Part shown: positions 38,792 to 45,749 of the stretch, one piece after another | Position numbering within the stretch: the stretch's first letter is position 1 | Layout of the letters: every line of letters begins with the position of its first letter | Assembly (NCBI GenBank): GCA_947452135.1 | Contig: CANGBT010000002.1 | Coordinates: forward strand, 3,586-67,585 | Reading direction: 5' to 3' | Source: Burkholderiales bacterium | Lineage (GTDB): Bacteria; Pseudomonadota; Gammaproteobacteria; Burkholderiales; Burkholderiaceae_C | DNA: 64,000 nt | The notes under the pieces: model-generated | Told to the model about the DNA's origin: nothing | Database searches by the model: none | Seen by the model: only the letters and a program-made list of their open reading frames with translations | Position numbers and translations under genes: made by a program

Positions 38792-40186
38792 ATGGATGGC
38801 ACCGGCTTGTCGCTCCTGCTGTTTCCGCAGCGCTGGGACGGCTGCCGGCTGAGTGCCTCGCTGCTGGTGCTGCCCCGTGGCGATCCGCTGCACGCCTCGC
38901 TGTGGGCCGAAGGCGCGGCGTTTGCCGGCGCGCCGCTCGCGTTGCGGCTCGAGTTGCAGTCGGGTGGCGATGTGTTCACGCCGGGCGCAGCGGGCAACCT
39001 GTCGGTCGACTTCACGCTGCCGGGCGCGCCACGCGCCGTCGAGCTGTTCAACGCGCTGCACGCGCAGTTCCTGCCCACACCACCGCCATCGAACCCGCAG
39101 GCGCTGTCGCGCTGGCGCGAGCAGCGACGCGCCCGCTGGGCTGCGCTGGCAGCGATGCGCCAGGCGCGGCCAGACACCGACCTCGCCGTGCCGGGCCGCT
39201 CACGCGCCGGCGGCGGCACCTCCAAGCGGTCCTCGCCGGTGCTTTCCACTGCCGACTTGTCGCACCGCCTGATCCGATCAGCCAGCGACCCTAAGACTGC
39301 CTCCGAGCACCAGTTGTCATGGGGCGAGGTGCTGTCGCACGCGATGCGGCAGCCGGCGCTGTCGCGCGCACTCGGGCTGGTGATCGACATCGACACCGAC
39401 TTCACCGGCTGGGATGTGGCCGGGCGGTTGTCGCAAGGCGGTTGGTTGCAGGTGACGCCGGCCGCACCGCGGCCCCATCCCGCGCCGGGCCACGCCGTGC
39501 GCATCCCTCCGCTGGGTTCGGCTGCACGACCGCTGTTTGCCGCGGTGCTGTTTCGCGCGGACGCCGCCGGTGCGCCGCCCCGCCCTCACCCGTGGCGCAC
39601 CGAGGCCGAGGCCTACAGCGACGGCTTCGCGCGCGCGGTGCACTCGCGCGAGTTCCGGCCGCTCGGCGCCAGCCTGCCGCAGCCCCCACCGCCGGGCGTC
39701 CACCCGGGCCTCGCGATCGGCTGGGACGACGAGCAGGTGCTCGTGTGGGTTCAGCGCCAGATCGATGCGCTGTGCTCGCCCGATGCGTGCCCGGGTCTGA
39801 GCGGCGTGGCCGGCTACCGCGTGGACGTGCGCGAGGCCGGCAGCGGCCACACCGGCTGGCGCTCGCTGTGCGGCGTGCGTGGCACGGTGTCGGTGGGCGA
39901 CTGGCACAGCGAATTCATCGGCGAGTCGCGCATCGACGTGGCGCCGCTGCTCGCCGGTCACGGCGATGAGGCCTTTGCGTACCTGCCGGATCACTTTGCG
40001 GTGTGGCGTGGCGGCTCGCTGGTGGCGGGGCGGCTGAGTGCGTGGAGCGCCCAGCCGTGGCCGCCCGGGCAGCCGCTGCCCGAACTGCGCCCCGGCAGCG
40101 ATTGGGAATTGCGCGTTCGTCTGGTCGATCTGAGCGGCGGCGGACCGCAAGTCACCGACCAGCCCGTGGCGCACACCGCGCCTTGA
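38792..40186 (+). CDS. hypothetical protein, about 464 aa, no recognisable domain
   Basis: ORF 38729..40186, start trimmed to ATG 38792 (MDGTGLSLLLFPQRWDG...), 13 nt after the upstream stop. Same codon-position GC signature. No signal peptide or TM segment seen. Confidence 0.55.
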   Translation: MDGTGLSLLLFPQRWDGCRLSASLLVLPRGDPLHASLWAEGAAFAGAPLALRLELQSGGDVFTPGAAGNLSVDFTLPGAPRAVELFNALHAQFLPTPPPSNPQALSRWREQRRARWAALAAMRQARPDTDLAVPGRSRAGGGTSKRSSPVLSTADLSHRLIRSASDPKTASEHQLSWGEVLSHAMRQPALSRALGLVIDIDTDFTGWDVAGRLSQGGWLQVTPAAPRPHPAPGHAVRIPPLGSAARPLFAAVLFRADAAGAPPRPHPWRTEAEAYSDGFARAVHSREFRPLGASLPQPPPPGVHPGLAIGWDDEQVLVWVQRQIDALCSPDACPGLSGVAGYRVDVREAGSGHTGWRSLCGVRGTVSVGDWHSEFIGESRIDVAPLLAGHGDEAFAYLPDHFAVWRGGSLVAGRLSAWSAQPWPPGQPLPELRPGSDWELRVRLVDLSGGGPQVTDQPVAHTAP

Positions 40187-40259
40187 TTGAACTCAACGCC
40201 GCCGGCATGGCCGAGCCCGACGATGCCCACGTACCCGTCCGGCCGAACAAGGCAAACCC

Positions 40260-40919
40260 ATGACTCACCCCACAACGATGTTGTTTTCAGGCCGCTTGGT
40301 GCGCGCCATGCGATGGCTGAGCGGCGCGCTGGCTGTCGTGCCGGCCGTCGCGGTGCTCGCGGCGTGCAGTTCGTACTCGGCCACTGAGCCGGCGCCGTCC
40401 AAGATCAGCGCCGCTCCGCAGCGCTACCGCATCGGACCGAGCGACACGCTCAACGTGCTGGTGTGGCGCAACCCCGAGTTGTCGACCACGGTGATGGTGC
40501 GACCCGACGGCTACATCTCGACGCCGCTGGTCGACGACTTGCAAGCCGCCGGGCGCAGCCCCGTCGACGTGGCGCGCGACATCGAAAAGGCACTGTCGCG
40601 CTATGTGCGCGATCCGGTGGTCAGCGTGACCGTGCCCGGCTTCCAGGGCGACATCTCTGATCAGGTGCGCATCGTGGGCGAAGCCGCCAAGCCGCAGTCG
40701 GTGCCCTACCGCCAGAACATGACCGTGCTCGACGCCATCTTGCAAGCCGGCGGCATGACCGAATTCGCCGACGGCAACAAGACGGTGCTGATCCGCAGCT
40801 CGCAAGGCGACAAGCGCTACAGCGTGCGGCTCAAGGACCTGATGCAGCGCGGCGATCTGTCGGCCAATGTGCCGGTGATGCCCGGCGACATCATCCTGGT
40901 GCCTAGCGGATTCTTCTGA
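40260..40919 (+). CDS. polysaccharide export outer-membrane lipoprotein (Wza-like, PEP-CTERM/XrtA-locus type)
   Basis: 219 aa. Lipobox AVLAAC. Poly_export-like segments YRIGPSDTLNVLVWRNPELS...VRPDGYISTPLVDDLQAAGRSP. The true start may be ATG 40308 (MRWLSG...). Confidence 0.85.
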   Translation: MTHPTTMLFSGRLVRAMRWLSGALAVVPAVAVLAACSSYSATEPAPSKISAAPQRYRIGPSDTLNVLVWRNPELSTTVMVRPDGYISTPLVDDLQAAGRSPVDVARDIEKALSRYVRDPVVSVTVPGFQGDISDQVRIVGEAAKPQSVPYRQNMTVLDAILQAGGMTEFADGNKTVLIRSSQGDKRYSVRLKDLMQRGDLSANVPVMPGDIILVPSGFF

Positions 40920-41020
40920 TTCGCTGAACGCGATTCAGAAAAAGCGTAACAACTGTCAGCGAATCACCGTCCACAAAGCGCCACGCTGCGCAGCTTCGGA
41001 CATGAGTTCGGTGACGATCC

Positions 41021-41052
41021 GGCCGACTTGTAAGCGCCGCTTACAAGTGGCC
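41021..41052. repeat. inverted repeat / strong hairpin (perfect 10+10 palindrome CTTGTAAGCG-C-CGCTTACAAG, extended by GGCC arms)
   Basis: Read directly at 41027-41047, with flanking GGCC(g)A / TGGCC pairing. The 9-mer CGACTTGTA recurs at 41188-41196. Confidence 0.6.
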
Positions 41053-41165
41053 GGCCGTGCGTTTTCGTGGCGGGTTTGCCGGGCGACACGCTCGGCACAG
41101 GGGCGCACCACGCCGGGCGCCGGGGCTGAAAAAAACCCGGCCAGACACATTTGCTCACACGGAAC

Positions 41166-41188
41166 GGCCACCCCCGGGGTGGCCTTTC
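41166..41188 (+). terminator. GC-rich hairpin with a short T tract (terminator-like)
   Basis: GGCCACCCC-c-GGGGTGGCC followed by TTTC. Confidence 0.35.
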
Positions 41189-41353
41189 GACTTGTATCAA
41201 GGGGGATCTCGATCGATGGGGTAATGGCCAGGACGGCTGCCCGGCACTGCATCTGCATCCAGCGGAAGTGCGATGGCCAGTCGGCAAGAACGCAGCGTCG
41301 GGCGACACGCCTGAGCGCAGCAACCAGCCATCTGCCTATCCGATCGAGAACCC

Positions 41354-42451
41354 ATGCTGACCGACACCCTCAAGCAACCCCGAAAACTCCTCTTCTCCCT
41401 CATTGTTGGCGCCTTTGCCGCCAGCGGTGGTGCTCCGGCCCTGATGTCCAGTGCCCACGCCCAGACCGCCACCGCACCGACGCTGCTGATCGGCACCAAC
41501 AAGATCCAGCCGGCCGTCGACACCAACACCTCCGGCAAGGCCGAGGCGTTCCAGTTCTATTCGACGACGACCGGCACCGCCGACACGCTCAACCTGTACC
41601 TCGATGGCGGCAGCACCGCCACGAAAGTGATTGCCGGCGTGTACGTCGACGGTGGTGGCCAGCCCGCGCAGTTGCTGGGCACCGCCGTGTTGACCGCGCC
41701 CAAGGCCGGCGCCTGGAACACAGTGGCCATCGCGCCGATCAAGATCACCAGCGGCGTGCGCTACTGGATCGCCGTGCTGACACCGGCCGGTTACGGCACG
41801 GTCAAGTTCCGCGACATCGCCTCCGGTGGAGGCCGCGTGGTCACGACCTCGCAGTCCAACCTGACCACCGTGCCCGCTTCGTGGGTCGTCGGACAGGTCT
41901 ACACCAACTCTCCGATCTCGGCCTACCTGACGGCGCCGACTGCCACAACGGCAACAGCACCGGCCCCGGCCCCGGCTCCAGCTCCAGCTCCAGCTCCAGC
42001 TCCAGCTCCAGCTCCAGCTCCAGCTCCAGCTCCAGCTCCAGCGCCAGCACCGGCTCCAGCTCCAGCTCCAGCTCCAGCTCCAGCTCCAGCTCCAGCTCCA
42101 GCTCCAGCTCCGGCTCCGGCTCCGGCTCCGGCTCCAGCGCCAGCACCGGCTCCGGCTCCTGCTCCTGCTCCTGCTCCCGCTCCAGCGCCGGCTCCTGCCC
42201 CAGCGCCGACCAACACCGCCGCACTGAGCTGGACGGCCCCCGCCGGCACGGTCAGCGGTTACCGGATCTATTACGGAACCGCCTCGCGCAGCTACAGCCA
42301 GCCCCTGGGCAGCGGCACCTACTCGGCGAGCACCGCGTACACGCTGACGGGGCTGCCGACCGGGTTCACCTATTACTTCGCGGTCACCGCGGTCGACTCC
42401 GCCGGACGCGAGAGCGCTTATTCGACCGAAGCCACCAAGCTGGTTCCCTGA
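41354..42451 (+). CDS. secreted three-part protein: N-terminal beta-rich domain, (Ala-Pro)x42 linker, C-terminal fibronectin type III domain
   Basis: 365 aa. Signal peptide ...ALMSSAHA-QT. AP dipeptide run spans residues 202-285. The C-terminal 80 aa are FN3-like (LSWTAPAGTVSGYRIYYGT...YYFAVTAVDSAGRES). Confidence 0.8.
   Translation: MLTDTLKQPRKLLFSLIVGAFAASGGAPALMSSAHAQTATAPTLLIGTNKIQPAVDTNTSGKAEAFQFYSTTTGTADTLNLYLDGGSTATKVIAGVYVDGGGQPAQLLGTAVLTAPKAGAWNTVAIAPIKITSGVRYWIAVLTPAGYGTVKFRDIASGGGRVVTTSQSNLTTVPASWVVGQVYTNSPISAYLTAPTATTATAPAPAPAPAPAPAPAPAPAPAPAPAPAPAPAPAPAPAPAPAPAPAPAPAPAPAPAPAPAPAPAPAPAPAPAPAPAPAPAPAPAPTNTAALSWTAPAGTVSGYRIYYGTASRSYSQPLGSGTYSASTAYTLTGLPTGFTYYFAVTAVDSAGRESAYSTEATKLVP
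41957..42208 (+). repeat. 252-bp tandem hexanucleotide repeat (GCN-CCN)x42 encoding the Ala-Pro linker
   Basis: Blocks of gctcca, gctccg and gctcct units, punctuated twice by gcgccagcaccg. All three forward frames stay open across it. Confidence 0.95.
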
Positions 42452-42493
42452 GCGTCCCCTACACGTTTACTTCCCTGATCAACTGGAATTGAC

Positions 42494-43825
42494 ATGAAAC
42501 GAATCATTTATTCAATGGCATTTTCCGTGTGCCTGGCGCCTTTGTGCGCCGAAGCGGCAAACCAGTATGTACGCCCAGGCGCCACCGGACTCAATAATGG
42601 ATCCGACTGGACCAATGCATACTCAAAAATGCCCACAACACTCACCCGCGGAGATACTTATTATCTCGCCGGTGGAAGTTATGGCAGCTACACGTTTTCA
42701 ACCCCCGTCTCCGGCACGACGCCCATCACCGTGAGAAAAGCCACCGTGGCCGACCACGGTGTGGCCACCGGCTGGTCGGACGCCTACGGCACCACCCAGG
42801 CGTTGTTCAACGGGCTGGCGTTCAAGACCAGCTATCACGTGTTCGACGGCGTGACGGGCGGCGGGCCGGGCAACTGGGAAACCGGCTTCGGTTTCAAGGT
42901 GCAAGCCACGTATCACACCATCGACTTCCCGGCCGTGTTGTCGGACATCACGCTGCGCCACGTCGACATCCAGGGTGGCGGCCGCGCGGAAACCTCGGAC
43001 ACCGACTTGCTGTACCTGGTCAACAAGTTCTCCAACATCACGGTGTCGTACTGCTTCTTGCACGACACCTCGCGCACCATGATCCTGACCTGGCCGGCCA
43101 GTGGCAGCGGCATGTTGCTCGAGTATTCGAAATTCGCGCGAAACGGCAACGCCGAACACCGCGAAGCGTGGTCAGCCGGTGCCGACAGCAATGTGACCGT
43201 TCGACATAACCTGTTCGAAGATATTCTTGGAACCGGGGTGATTGCCATTGTCAACAGCAAGGGCGTGGCTAATAACTGGGATGTCTACGGTAATATTTTC
43301 TATCACACCGGAAAATACATGGACGGCATCATCAATACCGGCGTCCTGTTCAACCGTTATGACGCGGGCGGTTCACCCATCGCGGTGCAGGCCAGCAACT
43401 GGCACGTCTACAACAACGTGGTGGCCAACATCCGCAACGGCTCGTTCACGGCGGCATTCACCTCGCAGAACTCGGTGAACTACGTCGCCGAGAACAACAT
43501 CTGGTTCAACAACCAGTCCACCGACGTGGGTGCCAACGGGGTCACGACCGCCGACTACAACTGGTTCGCCGGCAACGGCGGCAGCGGAGCGCGCGGCCCT
43601 CACGACATCAACGGCACTGCCTCGCCGTTTGTGGATGCGCAGCCGTGGATCTCGGGCAACTGGGCCTTGAAAGCCCCAATCGGCGGCCTCGCGCTGGCTG
43701 CGCCCTACAACATCGACATGAACGGCACGGTCCGTGGTGCCGATGGCGTGTTCGACCGTGGCGTGCTCGAGTTCTCCAGCCAGGCGGCGGCCGTGCAGGC
43801 GCCCAGCAGCTTGCAGGTCAAGTGA
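42494..43825 (+). CDS. secreted right-handed parallel beta-helix protein (polysaccharide lyase/hydrolase/epimerase-like)
   Basis: 443 aa. Signal peptide MKRIIYSMAFSVCLAPLCAEA. Repeated N/H/G-rich rungs (NITVSYCFLHD, NVTVRHNLFED, WDVYGNIFYH, WHVYNNVV, ENNIWFNN). Several 60-nt lines I hand-counted have only 42-48 % GC. Confidence 0.7.
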   Translation: MKRIIYSMAFSVCLAPLCAEAANQYVRPGATGLNNGSDWTNAYSKMPTTLTRGDTYYLAGGSYGSYTFSTPVSGTTPITVRKATVADHGVATGWSDAYGTTQALFNGLAFKTSYHVFDGVTGGGPGNWETGFGFKVQATYHTIDFPAVLSDITLRHVDIQGGGRAETSDTDLLYLVNKFSNITVSYCFLHDTSRTMILTWPASGSGMLLEYSKFARNGNAEHREAWSAGADSNVTVRHNLFEDILGTGVIAIVNSKGVANNWDVYGNIFYHTGKYMDGIINTGVLFNRYDAGGSPIAVQASNWHVYNNVVANIRNGSFTAAFTSQNSVNYVAENNIWFNNQSTDVGANGVTTADYNWFAGNGGSGARGPHDINGTASPFVDAQPWISGNWALKAPIGGLALAAPYNIDMNGTVRGADGVFDRGVLEFSSQAAAVQAPSSLQVK

Positions 43826-43850
43826 ACTGAGCCCACCGGCCTGACGACAA

Positions 43851-43877
43851 CCCCGCAGTTCGCTGCGGGGTTTTTTT
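43851..43877 (+). terminator. intrinsic terminator at the convergence point
   Basis: CCCCGCAG-ttcg-CTGCGGGG followed by TTTTTTT. The T tract overlaps the stop codon of the minus-strand methyltransferase gene. Confidence 0.8.
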
Positions 43878-44730
43878 ACGCCTGAGGCGGCACCTCGAGC
43901 TGCACCAGCGCGTCGTGCGCAAACACCCGGGCCTGGCGCGTGGCGGTGGGCGGCAGCAGCCGCGCCGTCAGCGCCGCGCTGGTTTCGCTGTGCACCAGGC
44001 GCAGGCCCAGCGAGCGGTGAAAGTCCGCCAGCTCGCTCACGCACGTCGACAACCGAAACGGATCGCTGGTGCGCCCTTCCAGGCCGAAGCCATCGCGCAC
44101 GCCGCGGATCTTGTAGTCGTAGGCGATGCGGCTGCCCGCGGCCAGCCGCGTGGCCAGCAAGCGCAAGAAGGCGGTGAACGCATCGGTGTTGACGTACGGG
44201 CTCACGCCTTCCATCAGCACCAGCACGGGGCCCGCCGGCTGCGCCGCCAGGTTGGCCTCGAGCTGCGGCCACGCGCCGTCATTGAGGTCGATGCTGGCGT
44301 AGTCGACGTGGTCGGCCGGCAAGCGGCGCCGGGCAATCGCCTGCTTGGCCTCGATGGCGCCGGACTGATCGCACTCGAGCACGCGGATGCCCTTCGCGGC
44401 GAGCAGGTGCGCAAACCGGTAGGCGCGCGTGTCGCTGCCGCAGCCCACGTTGATGACGCGCTGCGCGCCGGCGCACAGCGCATCGACGAACACCTCGTCG
44501 TAGTAGCGCGTGCGCGCCAGCACGTAGTCATAGAACGGGTCGGCGCGCAGCCGCTGCAGCAGCAGCCGGCCGCGCCACAGGCAGCTCCAGCGCTGCGCCG
44601 GCGACAGAAACTGCCACACCAGCGTGTCGGGGTTCCAGAACGCGCCCGACTCGCGGGTGGACTGGATGTGGCGCAGCTGGCCCACTTTCATCATGCAGCT
44701 GAAGTCGGGCAGCGTGTGGCTCAGGTTCAT
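43876..44730 (-). CDS. class I SAM-dependent O-methyltransferase (LCMT/TIGR00027-like)
   Basis: 284 aa from ATG 44728-44730 (VINVGCGSDTRAYRF motif I, VLMEGVSPYV). Confidence 0.75.
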   Translation of the reverse strand: MNLSHTLPDFSCMMKVGQLRHIQSTRESGAFWNPDTLVWQFLSPAQRWSCLWRGRLLLQRLRADPFYDYVLARTRYYDEVFVDALCAGAQRVINVGCGSDTRAYRFAHLLAAKGIRVLECDQSGAIEAKQAIARRRLPADHVDYASIDLNDGAWPQLEANLAAQPAGPVLVLMEGVSPYVNTDAFTAFLRLLATRLAAGSRIAYDYKIRGVRDGFGLEGRTSDPFRLSTCVSELADFHRSLGLRLVHSETSAALTARLLPPTATRQARVFAHDALVQLEVPPQA

Positions 44731-44768
44731 GGAGGCACCTTGGTGGGTTGAGAAACAGGGCGTGCGGC

Positions 44769-45737
44769 TCAGCCGGCCGGCTCGAACTGCCGCACGGTGG
44801 TCTGGCGGCGCACGCTCCAACGCAAGACGGCGAGCCACTTGCGCCGCGCAGCCGGCTCTGGCGCCACGGCCGCCCGACCGCGCAGCGCCAGCGCCTTCAA
44901 TGCCGCCAGCCGCAGCAGCGCCACGCCCAGCATCGATGCGCGGTACAGCTCGCCATAAAAACGCCCGCGCGTCTTGGCCAGGTAGCGGCAGATCGACTCG
45001 CGCATGAGCACCACCGAGAAATTGCTCGGTGCTTCCTGCGAGCAGCCGCCGCCGTGGTGGATCACGCTGACCTCGGGCACGTAGTAGTTCACCAGCCCGG
45101 CGGCGTGCGCCTTGTGGCACAGGTCGATGTCTTCGGCGTACATGAAGTACTCGTCGCTGAAACGGCCGATGCGCGCGAAGACCTCGCGGCGCAGCATCAC
45201 GCAAGCGCCCGCGAGCGCCTCCACAGACTGCGGCGCCGGGTTGCCGGCGTACAGCGCCGCGGTGCCCCACAGCCACGAGGCCGGCCAGCGCTGGCGCAGC
45301 CCTTCGAAGTCGAGCGCCTGATTGAGCAGCGTCGGGAACGACTGCACGCAGCTGGTTTGCAAGCTGCCGTCGCTGTTGAGCAGCCGGCAACCCACCACGC
45401 CCGCATCAGGCAACTCGCGCAGCCGCCGGTGCAGTGTGGCAATCGCCGGGCCGACCACCTCGGTGTCGGGGTTCAGGAACAGCACCGCATCACCTCGGCT
45501 CGACTCGAACGCCAGGTTGTTGGCGCGCCCGAAGCCCAGATTGCGGTTGCACTGAACGAAACGCACGCGCGGGTGGTGCTCGTGCAGGAAGCGGTCGCAG
45601 CCGTCGTACGAGGCCGAGTCAATGACCACCACCTCGAAGGAGAGCAGGCTGTCGCGCATCTCGTACTCGACGCTGCGCAGACAGTCGCTCAGGTAGCCGA
45701 CCGAATTCCAGTTCACGATGATGATCGACAGGTCCAT
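44769..45737 (-). CDS. family 2 glycosyltransferase
   Basis: 322 aa (LSIIIVNWNS...VVVIDSASYDG...FLNPDT...YAEDIDLC). Confidence 0.85.
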   Translation of the reverse strand: MDLSIIIVNWNSVGYLSDCLRSVEYEMRDSLLSFEVVVIDSASYDGCDRFLHEHHPRVRFVQCNRNLGFGRANNLAFESSRGDAVLFLNPDTEVVGPAIATLHRRLRELPDAGVVGCRLLNSDGSLQTSCVQSFPTLLNQALDFEGLRQRWPASWLWGTAALYAGNPAPQSVEALAGACVMLRREVFARIGRFSDEYFMYAEDIDLCHKAHAAGLVNYYVPEVSVIHHGGGCSQEAPSNFSVVLMRESICRYLAKTRGRFYGELYRASMLGVALLRLAALKALALRGRAAVAPEPAARRKWLAVLRWSVRRQTTVRQFEPAG

Positions 45738-45749
45738 GGCGTTTCGGTC

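Noticed and set aside
37338-39504. Minus-strand ORFs 37338..38762 (474 aa) and 37969..39504 (511 aa) opposite the hypothetical two-gene module.
   Set aside because: They are Arg/Ser/Pro/Ala-dominated low-complexity translations. The plus-strand frames have the G/C-third-position signature, a strong SD and a balanced composition.
41151-41360. 69-aa ORF in the long intergenic region.
   Set aside because: It has no SD and an unremarkable composition. It overlaps the hairpin elements, so the region is more plausibly non-coding and regulatory.
41002-42492. 496-aa plus-strand ORF with a long poly-Ser run, and minus-strand ORFs 41841..42224 (Leu/Glu repeat) and 41923..42249 (Gly-Ala repeat).
   Set aside because: These are alternative reading frames of the hexanucleotide repeat. 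Only the Ala-Pro frame is flanked by a signal peptide and an FN3 domain.
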